DNA of 32,357 nt from Raillietiella orientalis (GCA_036172245.1 JAYWIR010000073.1:372001-404357); one strand, 5' to 3'; counted from the first letter of the stretch, positions 11,472 to 22,080 are shown. A program made the numbers and translations. The notes: a model not told the origin generated them from the letters alone.

Positions 11472-12760
11472 TTTTTTATTTACACCTTCCCCTGGGACAC
11501 CTCCCCCTTGGTGCCCCAGGGGGTCCCCAGACAGCGGCTATAGCAGCACGCCTATCGCCTCACCGGGCCTCGTCTCCTGAAAAAGAACAGACTTTGTGAA
11601 AAAAGCGGTGGCGTCGGAGACTCACGTGACCGGTCGAGAGGCATGCGCTCCCGACTCCAACCGTCCTCTGCCCCCCGACAGAGCACGGCGGGCAGCCTCT
11701 TCCTTCCTGCTGCCCTCGTTCTTATCAGTCGGTGCTGCGCAGGCTCTCTTGACTGCGCTCCAGATCTGAAAATAAAACGGCATCATTACAGGGAAGGGGG
11801 AGCAAGAAAAGCCGCCAAGGGGGGTGCGAAAGAGCACACCCGAAGGTGGGCTGCTGCCCTGCGCTAGGCAGTCGGAAGGCGCCCGCAACCAACTGCCAGG
11901 GCGAAGGCGGCCGCGCACCGGCTCCACTCACCTCTTCCCGGTAAATCCAGGCTGCAGCCGCCGCTGCGCCCAGACCCCACATCAAAATCTTCCGTCCGTT
12001 CATTGCGCCCGTTTCTTCTTGCTGATAGGCGAAAGGCGCGCTTGCTGTCCGGCGTGTGCTTGGTTTCTGCTTTGAATATCGTAACTGAGGAAACCATCGA
12101 TGAAGAAATTCTGCAGTGTAACCGAGGAGACCATTAATGAAGAAATTCAGCTGTGCCTTCGGTGCCGCGTCGAAGGGCATCTTCTTCTCCCTTACAGAAC
12201 AATCAGTAGCTCATGGAGCACTTCGGATCGCTGCGAAAAGAGTCAGCAACGACCGCCACCTGTGGCCACTCCCTGCCAGTAACTGGAAACACGCCCTCGT
12301 TTCTCCGACACACGTGACAGGTCGAGAGGGATGCGATCCCGACCCAAGCCTTTCTCTGCCCCCCCCCGACAGAGCATGGCGGGCATCCTTTTCCTTTGTG
12401 CTGCCCTCGTTCTTAGGAGTCGGTGCTGCGCATGCTCGCTTGACAGCGCTCCAGATCTGCAAATAAAACGGCATCAGCACAGGGGCAGCAAGAAAAGCCG
12501 CCAAGGGAGGTGTGAAAGAGCACACCCGAAGGTGGGCTGCACCCCTGCGGTATGCAGTCGGAAGGCGCCCGCAACCAACTGCCAGGGCGAAGGCGGCCGC
12601 GCACCGGCTCCACGCACCTCTTCACGGTAGATCCAGGCTGCAGCCGCCGCTGCTCCCAGACCCCACATCAATATCTTGCTGGTTCTTCCTTCTTTGCGAA
12701 AGGCGCGCCTGCAGTCCAGACTGTGTTTGCTTTCTCCTTTGAATATCGTAACTGAGCAAA
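11472..12760 (-). mobile_element. Putative 3' part of a second non-LTR family: two tandem ~460-bp zf-RVT-like units plus 3' UTR with hairpin and AATAAA
   Basis: Direct repeat of 11622-12090 and 12310-12757 is seen directly. Minus translation WIYREEV..PWQLVAGAF/GRLPT..GC..LFLLP/PFYLQIWSAVKR resembles a decayed zf-RVT. A GC hairpin (11489-11522) and AATAAA (~11475-11480, -) mark the 3' end. Confidence 0.45.
12081..12154 (+). repeat. Two-copy 37-bp tandem repeat
   Basis: gtaactgaggaaaccatcgatgaagaaattctgcagt followed by gtaaccgaggagaccattaatgaagaaattcagctgt; also present at ~30328-30401. Confidence 0.8.
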
Positions 12761-12819
12761 CGAATCCCGAGTGTTCCCTGACAACCACCAGAGGACGCTT
12801 CGCATCCGGGTTGCAATCA

Positions 12820-14450
12820 AAAATGAAATCGTTGGCTAGAAAATGCCAGCTACATACGAAATATGGCCATCAATACTGAGAGGTCGCGCCCTTGACCTTT
12901 TCCATTTGACCTTCTTCTGACTCGAGAAGAAAGATCGATCACACGGTAGTGGGATGGTGCAGTAGTCGGACTGAAGGACGCGAAAAGACCAGACCTAGGA
13001 CTACCACCTGTGGGGCGGAGGCTCTCCATCCGCGTCCTCACGAATTGGGAATTCTGGACGGAAGTTCTGCAGTCCCTAGGGGATTGTGTCTTCCGGGGAA
13101 TGGGAACCCTACTGAAAGAAAGCTACGGCGACCATGGCTGGGCAGGAATGCTCGCTTGACACTCTTCATCGCCCGAGCCGATCAATGCGGAGGGCGTTGC
13201 CGCCGAATTGGGAAGGTGCATGCCACCCGGACCCGAAGCGCCAGCCGCAGGATCACCTTCCCAGCACCTTCCCATACACTGGCCACCTACAATCAACTTG
13301 TCGTTGCTATATGAAACGTCGACGGGCCTGGCGACGTCCGCAAGAGACGACACACCATTCCCTCCCTGCTAGCCGTCGACCTGGTGCTCTTCAAGGAGAA
13401 CCACCAGTGCTTGGCCCAACATACGAAAGTTATCGAAAGCCTGGAGAACGGTCAGCAGTTTACCATTTGGTCGCGAAGAAGGGATCATTCTGGAAAAGAA
13501 AAGAAACAAAGTTCACGGGCGAAAGGACGTTGGATTGGAAACATGCCGACGCGCAAGTGGGAAACATCGAAACTTCCGAACGAGAGAGAAGGGACCACTG
13601 ATGACTTTCTAAGAGATATGGGAAGCGATAGAAGACAAGAGACCGTGGTTTCTGAAGTTTCATCTTAGCAGACTGCCGGAAACGTTTGAGTTTGCTGGTA
13701 TGCGACTAACAACGCTTGCCCTTGGGGCAGGCAGCGTTGCGGCAAAGGGCGAGTGCACTTGTCCTGGTTCTCAAACATCGCACACCATGGAACCAAAGTT
13801 CGAAGAGCTACCACTCCTCCTCATTGATCGCTCGCGGTTCCTACTACCACCCGTTGTACTTTGTTTGATGTCAGTATATGCAGGACTGAGCTTCCGGAAG
13901 CGAGGCGAGCTCCCTCGGCGGGGAAAGTGCTTGCGTGCGGCAGCAACGGACTCTCTCCTTTGCTTGCGCATGGACATCGTCCGTTGCTGGTGCAGCGCCG
14001 CAAGAGCAAAGCGCGGGAGCACAGCACGCAATCGTCCATAACTCGACACAAAGCCCCACAATCCGGAAGTCCAGTTGCGTCCCGATCATGGCCTGCGTCC
14101 ACTTTCGGCATTCCGATCTCTGTCGGGCTTGCAGTTGGTCAGCGAAAGCGAACCAAACGTCCACTCGGAACGCGAGCCGTCCGTGCGGCTTGGCAGTCCA
14201 CCCACGAAGCAGGCGACAGCTGATGGAAAGTTTCCTCATCGGCTGGTTGTCCCCCCGCGGCATTGCAGGCCAATCTCCTGGACGAGCGCGCTGGTGGACG
14301 GCACGCCCGGACGTTCACTATAAAAAAGAACAAACAACGTTGCCAAACGCCCGAAAGCTGGCCAGTGAGCGGCACGCAGGCAGGCCAGGTTCGCCTCGCC
14401 AGCGGAGGGGCAAACCAAAAGAAAAAGCGAGAAAAAAAGCAAAGATGTGG
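12820..14450 (+). repeat. Left arm of diverged inverted repeat (partner 23070-24280), interrupted by a Gypsy relic
   Basis: 12824-12906 matches the reverse complement of 24196-24280, 12915-13030 matches that of 23500-23682, and 14080-14450 matches that of 23070-23480 (mirror ORFs 14263 vs 22994 and 14139 vs 22956). Confidence 0.85.
13045..14060 (+). mobile_element. Decayed Ty3/Gypsy-type integrase C-terminus, possibly with PPT and 3' LTR
   Basis: WLGRNARLTL (cf. LFGRxLRxPLD), RCYMKRRR (cf. KRYYDKRR), VDLVLFKEN (cf. GDLVLLK) and LGP/KVIESL (GPY/F motif). A purine-rich ggggcaggcag lies at ~13724. The segment is absent from the inverted partner, so it is an insertion. The LTR call is weak. Confidence 0.55.
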
Positions 14451-15240
14451 GAAGGGATCGCTGTCCGCTGCAGGGCGTCCTCTGCATGCTTCCCAGGCTT
14501 CCGGCAAGTTCCACCCGAGTGTGTCCCACGTCGTTCCGTCATCTTGGTTCCGTCTGCAGGAAGAGCAGAGCGAAGGGCAGATGGACGTCCCCGGCGCGCC
14601 GCCCCAATACTTTCAAACCCCATCCTTTCTATCCCCGAAGAGTGCGACTCGCACTTGGAGATTTCATCGCCACTCCAGCAAATCAGCAAACCGTTCATGT
14701 AAGTTTGGGCAGCCCCCACGATTCAAGAACTGCAGAAAAACGCACTCCACCTTCCCGTTCAGGAGGCAGGCAGCATCCAGGAATCGAATTCCAAATTGAG
14801 GTTTTTGCTTTTCTTTCAAGGCTCATCAAGAACGTCATCTTGCCTGCTGACACGTTTTTCCCGCATACTTTTGCTTGGTGGGCATTTGCGCCGACTTTTC
14901 CACGCACGCGGAAGCCGTGCTGTGAGGGAAAAGGCATGAAACGAAGGCGTGAAATACAGAATGCGGCAAGACGAGGCCCAAACAGCCTCGCAGCGAAGTT
15001 CCATAAATAAAGTGCTATTCGAAATCCCTGCAGCATGCAGTAGCCCTTTTTGTTTTCTTTGGAATTCGAGGTGTGTGCAGCTTGCCCGTTGCACACGTCA
15101 TTTCTTGAATAGCGCTCTCTCCTGCACGCTTGCGCACTTTGTGCATTCGTACTCTTTTCGTTTGCAAGTAGAGCCCTTCCGGGACCGGGTGAGAGTTGTG
15201 GGCTGCGGTTTTGAGCCCTTTCGGGAACGTCGGAACATGG

Positions 15241-15257
15241 CAAAGGCGAGTTGCTTG
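15241..15257 (+). repeat. Target-site duplication, left copy
   Basis: caaaggcgagttgcttg is identical to 16664-16680. Confidence 0.93.
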
Positions 15258-16663
15258 TTGCCACCCGGTCACGCCGGGGCGTTTATTCGAAATTCTCTAT
15301 AATTCGTGGTACGAGGCCCCGCTACGGCCAACTCAACAGGACCTGCCGGGTTGCCGGTACGCAGACCGGTGCGACTCTGCTCGGCAGCGTTAGGGGATGG
15401 GGGAAAAAACAAAAAGGAAAATAAAACGCAAACACAGAAAAAAAAAAAAAATTTCGGAGGGATGGGAAGCGATCACTGACCACTGGGAGGAGGGTCCATC
15501 CTTTGCAGGATGCCCTCCAGGTCCGTCCGCATAATTCGCAGGTGGGGCCATCTGGTCGCAATCCGCAGGTAGCGGACTGCAAGTACGACGGCATCCCTGT
15601 CGTGGCTCGGTCTTCCGACGTCGCTCCAGCACGTCACAACTCCTCGGACGCTGCAGAGTGCTGCCAGGGCTGCGGCTGGTCGCAGGGCATCCTGCACGAA
15701 CAGAAGCCGAGAAACGTCTCTGGGCTGGCTGCCCTCCTGGATCCGTAGGGAGGCACGAAGACGTTCCCGCAGGGGTCGGAGGGCAGCACAATCAACAAGG
15801 AGGTGGGGGAGGGTTTGCCGCTCCCCACACCTGATGCAGGCAGGATCCACTCGACCCCTGGTCCAGTGGTGGCGGCGTGCGTCGCAGGGTAGACCCCAAT
15901 GCAACAACAGAAGCGCCGACTCCTGCCACTTCAGGGGGAGGATCCTGGAACCAATCGATACCGGGGGCCACTTCAGGTCATCCGGCTGGATGCCGAGCAG
16001 CTCGCCCCATCTCGTAAGTCCTCTCGGCTGGACACTAGGGGTAGTGGCGTCCGCCAGTTCCCCCATGGACCAGCCGCTCATCAACTTCTCCTTGCCTGCG
16101 ATGCGGCAGGACACTTGGCACCTAGGCTTGCGGCTGCTGGAGAACGCCGTAGCTAGGGGCGTGGTCTCGGCCCACGTGCTTCTCGCGGGACACTGGAGTA
16201 TCTTCCGCAGAGTGCAGCGGGAATAGGCGCCGCGTCGCAGTCAGTTCCACATCTCTTCATTCTTTTCATTAATCTTCGCCCACGTGCCAGCTGTCTCCTC
16301 CAGCCATGCGGAGGAGTTGGCGGGGCTGCATACCATCCAGCCGTTTTCCTTAGCCAGAGTTGCCATGCGTCCCAGGAGAAGTCCGCATCTCTTGATCTTC
16401 GAGCCACGGCACAGAAGATGAGACGCGAGACCCTCCGTCCCGGATACACGGCTGGCAAGCAGTCGGGCCGGAACGCACCAAGGGGTGCTCCATAACTTCG
16501 CTGCGATGGCGAGAGTTCGCCATCGCAGCTGAATCTCTACTCGCTCCATCGCCAAGAGGCCGGGACCGCCATGCCGACGTGGAGCACACAAGTCCTTCAA
16601 CGGGACTCGGGGCCTCCCTCTTCCCCAAAGGGCAATTCTAAGCAGGTCCTTCGTCCGTTTCTT
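15258..16663 (-). mobile_element. Young 5'-truncated L1/Tx1-type retrotransposon with 17-bp TSD
   Basis: ORF2 C-terminus has LWGRGRPRV..LCAPRRHGGPGL (thumb motif) and DPACIRCGERQTLPHLLVDC (zf-RVT). ORFs 16241-16666 and 15473-16114 are in the same frame, separated by one stop. The direct repeat caaaggcgagttgcttg lies at 15241-15257 and 16664-16680. Confidence 0.92.
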
Positions 16664-16680
16664 CAAAGGCGAGTTGCTTG
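16664..16680 (+). repeat. Target-site duplication, right copy
   Basis: caaaggcgagttgcttg is identical to 15241-15257. Confidence 0.93.
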
Positions 16681-17222
16681 CCTAATCAGGAAAGGGCTGC
16701 TTGGCCACGTGCGCAGGAAGAATGGCGCAGTCTGCCTGGCAGGAGGAGGGATTCAGGAAATCGGAAACGCGTGAACGGGAAGGGTCTCGTAGCTGCCATA
16801 CGGGATGCTGAAGGAGTTCGGTCGTGAACAAATGGAGAAGCTGCTGTTTCACGAAATCGAGTGCCCGGAAATCAGAGAAAGCTGCGTAATGGACGAAAAC
16901 CCTGAATTGTGCATTGAGCTTCGGTTTCGAGCCCATGTCGGACGAGCACTGCGAATGACTCTTCTGCCAACTGCTGGACGTTTCTCGTGCATTCGTAAAT
17001 GCAAAGGAATGAACGGAAAATGGGGAAGAGCAGGAAAAAGGTGCTGCAAATCACGGCCGCGAGACGAACTCGGGCGAGCGAATGCATTCGGCGAGCTGAA
17101 TTGCGAGCAGGCAGAGGGGGGGGCGTGTGTTGGGCTGCTGCTTGGTGGTACGTGCACGTGGTCGGGTGACGGTGACACGCGAAAGTGCCTTTGCTGGTTG
17201 TCTGGGAGTCGCGGGCCACGTG

Positions 17223-20200
17223 ATGCTGCAAGCCGGCCGAAAGCTTGCTCTTTCCAACAGCTTGACGATCCCGGTCGTGGGTTTGGGAACGTGGAAGGTA
17301 ATTCGGGGACGCAATCCTAATTTACTTTTCGTTTCGACTGGCGGCTGCGCGTGCGTGGGAAGGGGGGCTGTGGTGACCCCTTCCGAAGAGAGCATTCCTT
17401 GCCAGTCGTGCTGCTGGCGGTGCTTGTTGGATTTTTGTTGGATTTCTTTGAAGATTGAGTTGGAAGTGGAGGGAAGCCTTGGAGGGCTTGCGACCGGTCG
17501 TGCGAGGCGTAGGGCGGCACCCACACGCAACGGAAGGTCGGTGGTACTTGGGCAAAAGACGGCCCCGGAGGCTGCTGGAGGAAAGCGGCGGGGAGCAGGG
17601 CTGGTGCCTGGAGGAAGATGTGCAAAGCATGTTTCTCGGTTCGGGAAGGTGTGTGGATAAAGGACGTTGCTGTGCATTGGTGCAGTTTTCGAGGCCCATG
17701 CCTCAGTGGGAATGCGAGTGCGTGCATTTATTTGCACAGAAATGCTGCCCATAGCTGAAGAAGCCTTTTCTGTTGAGGAGCTTTGGCAAATGGGGATGTG
17801 GGCCAGGATGCGGAGAAGTGGTGAGCGCTTTGCTTTCTTGTGATTACTGAAATTCGAATGTCAAGCAGTTAGGAAATAAGTAAAGGGTAGGCAAGAAGAA
17901 TGAAAGTATTTTCTCCATTCGTGTGGGTATTTTGATTTTGCACGTGCGTTTGGAGTAAGTTGTTGTTTTGCTTGCTTGAAAGGAATTCCTGTATGCATGT
18001 GAGTGTGTGAAAGCAAAAGGAAACTGCGGAGAATGCGTTGATTGGGATGGCAGAAAATGAAAGACCGCCGAATGAACAGAGCAAATAAGTGGGAGGAGAA
18101 AAGGAAAAGGAAGAGTATTCGATTGCATTCGTTGCTACTTGGGCATGGTTTGCATGTTTGCAAACGCCTATGCGGAGCACTGAACGCAGAGTGCTGAAAA
18201 AGAGGAGTGTGTCCGGTTGGGATCAAGGAAGACTTGAAGATGGCAAGTGAAGGGGAAATAAGTAAAGTTTTTGAAGTGAATAGCAGCATTTGTGGCTTGC
18301 GTAAGTAAGATGGTTAAGAATGCTTTCACTGCACGTCGATGCCAGACAATGATTTTTGCTACTGTAGAAGGGTCAGCGGTATGGCTGAGTTGAAGAAAAT
18401 CAATGAAGTGTCCAAAGGAGATCCACTCGGTTAACACGGTAGAGAGAATGCAATTGGTTTGCTTGATTACACTTGCTGAGTCTGCTGGCAAAACTTGATT
18501 GCTGCTGAAAATGGTTCTCCATGTTAGGAAGAAAGGAACAACTCATTGGAGAAGTGAAAAGATACTTTGATAAGAAGAAGAAGTGCATGAATTGCATGAA
18601 TGCTTTGCAATAATGTCTGCATTTGTTTGCAAGTGAGTGCTACAAGGGAGGTAGGTTTGTTTCTGCCCAGAGATGCATGAAATGCATTATTTAAAAGTCC
18701 CCTGGCATGGTGATCATGGAATTCTGTGAAATAGTGACTATGAGTATGTGCATGATTTGAATTCATAAACTGTGTTTTGGGAACAGTTTGGTTATGTAGA
18801 ATGAAATTCAAGAAGAGGGTAAGTGGGAAGAAGAGCTTAATAGTAGAGCAGTAAGAGAAATTCTAAAGAGCCGTTTATTCAAGAAGAACATTGCAAGACT
18901 GAAGACTAATGTTTGGACTTTGTGTTTTTGGAATGTTGAGAGTTTGGATATGTTTAGCATGAGATTTCCAGGAATTGAATGCACTGGTTTAAGGTTTTGA
19001 AACCTGGAAACTAAGAACATTCAAGGCAACATTGAAGTTTTTTGGGAGTGGAAGCATGAGGGAAGTGGCCTTGAAAGATGCTCCTAATTTACTTTTCTCT
19101 TCTGAAGAAGAGTTGCAATGCATTCGGGTCGTGACTGTGTGGATTCAATATACCAGTGTTCACATAGGATTTTGATGAATAAAATGTGTTTGTGCCGAGA
19201 TTTCTTTTTTTTTGGTTCTTTGTTACTTGACTGCAAACTAAGTTGATTGCTAATCCGAATTTCTTGCATAAAAGATTGTACTGATTTGAGTGATTTGAAG
19301 CAATTTTGACAGTGGTGTGCATCATGTTAGAGGGCTCATGATGGTCTTAATGAAAACGAAAAGTATTTCGTTTCATGTTTGTTGGAATCTTCCACCCTAA
19401 CATGCAATGCTCTGAACAGAGAAGGATCGTTCTCTTAAAAGAAGTGGATGAAGCAGAAAGATATAGGTTGTACCAATTGCTTCTTGCTTATTTTGAGAAT
19501 CTTGGGCGTGAAAAGAATTCCTTGTGTTACCTAACATGTAGTGGTGTTCATGTGTGTAATTTCGACCCTGAAACCGAGTTGGTAACGCTTGTTATTTTTT
19601 TCTACCGGTTCTGGGTAAGAATGGAAGTACATGAACTGCAACCTAATTTTGATCACTGGTAGATATTTCAAACAACGTAACAGTTCACTTTCTCCTGGCC
19701 ACGTTGATGTAACAGATTTCAGGTCTTCCAATAATGGACAGCAGTCTGTTTGGCAGAAATGAGTGTGTGTATGCTTTGTTGTTCTGAAATAGTACACTTC
19801 ACTGCTAGTGGTGCTTACGTTGCAATCGTAATCAGGAAACGTTTCGAATTACTAACATGGTGAAAACTGGAATGGACGCAGATCAGTCTGAAGTGAAACT
19901 GAAGAAGGATGGGTAAAGTCATTGGACAAAAGTTTTATTGAAAACACTTGAAACATGTATTTGTTGCCAATTTTTTTTTTCTGATTAGCAATCCTTGTGT
20001 TAGTCGAAACCTACAGAAGTATATGAAGCAGTGAAGCATGCACTATCCGTGGGCTACCGCCACATCGACTGTGCATTCGTCTATCAAAATGAAGCGGAAG
20101 TGGGAAGCGCCATTGCGGAGAAAATCCAGGATGGCACGATGAGCAGGGATGAAATTTTTGTAACCAGCAAATTGTGGTCTACTGTCCATCGTCCTGCTCT

Positions 20201-21075
20201 GGTGTTACCTGCACTGGAGAGAAGTCTAAAAGATCTGCAGTTGGATTACGTGGATCTGTATCTGATGCATTGGCCCATGGCTTTCAAGGAATGTTAAGGA
20301 AATGGCGAACACCAAGCTGATTTCCAGTTTGTTCCTTAGGAAGGAGACGAGCTGTTCCCCAAAGACGCTTCTGGCAAACTCTTATACGGTGACGTTGATT
20401 ATGTGGATACGTGGACTGCCATGGAAGAGTGTGTTGGCAAAGGATTGGTGCGCTCTCTTGGAGTGTCGAATTTTAACAGCCAGCAGATGAAGCGAATTCT
20501 GGATGTGTGCACTATTCGACCTGTGGTGAATCAGGTGTGCTGCAGGACGTCGTAGTGTGAGATGGAACTCGTGTGTTTCAGGTGGAATGTCATCCATACC
20601 TGAACCAGAGCGAATTGCATGAATATTGCGAATCTGAAAACATTGTGTTGACGGCCTACAGTCCACTGGGATCAAGAGATCGACCTTGGTCTTCGGATGA
20701 TGATGCTAGTCTTTTTGACGATGAGTGCATTCGGTCCATTGCACAGAAACATAAGAAAACGGTCGCGCAGATCCTGATACGATTTCAGGTAAATGGAAGA
20801 ACGTGGTTGGAAAGCCCGTTGCGGATGCAATGTAGATCGAGCGTGGCATTGCGGTCATCCCCAAGTCTGCGAACAAAGGTCGTATCGAGGAAAACATTGA
20901 CGTTTTTGATTTTGAGCTGGACAATGAAGACATGAGCCGACTTCTCGCCTTAAATAAACAGAAGCGATACATTTCTTTGGCATGGTAGGGAATGACGTGA
21001 CGTGTAAAGATGCTTGCAAGTTGATCCTGCAGGACTGTGGATCATCCGTATTATCCGTTTGCTGCCGAATATTAA
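17223..21075 (+). CDS. Aldo-keto reductase family 1-like (aldose/aldehyde reductase), 6 exons, 317 aa
   Basis: Exons 17223-17297 ([25 protein letters not shown]), 20004-20288 ([41 protein letters not shown]), 20340-20534 (..[16 protein letters not shown]), 20582-20788 ([25 protein letters not shown]), 20836-20984 (..[18 protein letters not shown]) and 21033-21075 (..[10 protein letters not shown]). The D-Y-K-H catalytic tetrad is intact. All introns are GT-AG except intron 2 (GA-AG). Confidence 0.95.
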
Positions 21076-21086
21076 AGGAAAACGAA

Positions 21087-21127
21087 AATAAAGATGCTTC
21101 CTTTGTTTCGATCGTTCCCATAATAAA
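21087..21127 (+). promoter_or_regulatory. Candidate polyadenylation signals of the AKR gene
   Basis: AATAAA at ~21087 and ~21122, shortly after the TAA stop. Confidence 0.5.
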
Positions 21128-21879
21128 TTGCTGCCGAATTTCATCAGCAGGGTGCAGTTTTTGTATTTCTTACGTCATGTTGAATGCGGTATTTCACCGA
21201 GGCATTTCGTTCTTCCTTCTTGATTTCGTTGACTGACTGACTAACTTGCTGGAAAGGTGTTGGGAACACCGCAGCAGTGGAAAATCTTCTGACGGCCCGA
21301 ATTGAATCACGAAAATATGGATTGTGTTTTACCAAACTTCCGTTTCGTATGTTCGAGGGAAAGTGCCTTTTGAAGGGTAGATCAGCAGCCCGTTTGCGAG
21401 CACACGTGAAAGTGAATCGGCCGAAGAACGAATGTGAGGGCGTACCCTGCAATGGAAACGGAATTTTATTGAAGAGCGACACGAAAGTACTCGTGGAGGC
21501 AATTCTTCCGTTTGGTGGAAATGTATTTGCGCGTGATTCGTACACTCATCGTGTGTTTTTTCGTTGGTTTCATCGGTAGGCCATGCATGCGATTGAGCAC
21601 ACGTGCGTGGCACGGTTGCGTGCTGCAATCGAGGGGGCAGGCTGTACGATTTCTTTTTGTGGTGGCTCGTGTGGTTTGGCACTTGATGTGATGGTGGCTA
21701 GGGGTTAGTTGGTGTGGAACAGCCGTCCACGACAGGGCATGTGTGGAAGTAAGCAGGGAGCTTCTCGAGGGGAAGCTCTAGCTCTCAAGGCTTCAAGTTT
21801 GACGAGGAGGAAGTCGGTTGAGGACCGGTGAGGTTGTGCACATTCTCTGCCTTCTCCACGTGCATAAAGCAGCGTCGTT

Positions 21880-22080
21880 GCAGCAGCACTACTGGACGTG
21901 GATGGACATGCGGACAGAGGAGAAGTATGTATTGTAAGGTGCACTTGGCTACAAGGTATTTTCACCCAAATGTGGCAAGGACGTTTCTGTGCAAACAGAT
22001 AAGCGCAGATGAAGGAAAACGAGCTGTTTGCTTCATCCACTGCAGCGGGACATTGTGCATCGCGCGATTCGATGCCTCGT
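21880..22080 (+). pseudogene. Possible Ser/Thr protein kinase relic (subdomains V-VIb)
   Basis: Frameshifted M/HADRGE (cf. MEYADGGE), VARTFLCKQIS (cf. ARxFxKQI) and AVCFIH/RDIVHRAIRC (cf. AxxYxH..IVHRDIK), followed by gtaagg. Confidence 0.35.

Larger units (their letters stand above)
7619..14103 (+). repeat. Segmental duplication copy 1 (direct repeat of 25894-32357)
   Basis: Near-identical sequence at an offset of ~18.27 kb, starting tcgtaactcctcgggttgagc. The ORF track is duplicated (e.g. 8756/27026, 9489/27759, 12949/31201). Confidence 0.97.
14560..16960 (+). pseudogene. Probable DCAF7/WDR68 (WD40) pseudogene split by a retrotransposon
   Basis: Colinear degenerate matches to DCAF7: RRVRLALGDF..NQQTVH|gtaagt (KRFRLALGSF..NNKVQ), DTFFPHTF (NTFDHPYP) and SG/DRVRV..ASCL (SGDYLRVW..ECLL). 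After the insertion: CAGRMAQSAWQE (CAPLTSFDWNE), AIRDAE (TIWxLE), KLLFHEIECPEI (QLIAHDKEVYDI) and ASV..ALRM (ASVGADGSVRM). Confidence 0.55.

Noticed and set aside
12081..12154. 37-bp direct repeat as a CRISPR array
   Set aside because: Only two adjacent imperfect copies, no spacer, no cas genes, and a eukaryotic context.
11725..12788. Tandem ORFs with KILMWGLGAAAAAAWIY as a small membrane-protein gene family
   Set aside because: Frames and starts are not conserved among the four copies; better explained as decayed retroelement sequence.
13028..14065. atccg at both sides of the Gypsy relic as a 5-bp TSD
   Set aside because: The left end is internal integrase sequence rather than an LTR end, so a 5-bp match is probably chance.
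13935..14799. Overlapping 255-aa and 178-aa ORFs
   Set aside because: They span a repeat arm and a pseudogene boundary, are low-complexity, and are not preserved at full length in the inverted partner.
17400..19950. Nested gene in AKR intron 1
   Set aside because: Only short ORFs, with no recognisable domain or consistent exon chain on either strand.
20031..20935. ORFs 20031-20297 and 20573-20935 as separate small genes
   Set aside because: They are exons 2 and 4 of the spliced AKR gene with intron read-through.
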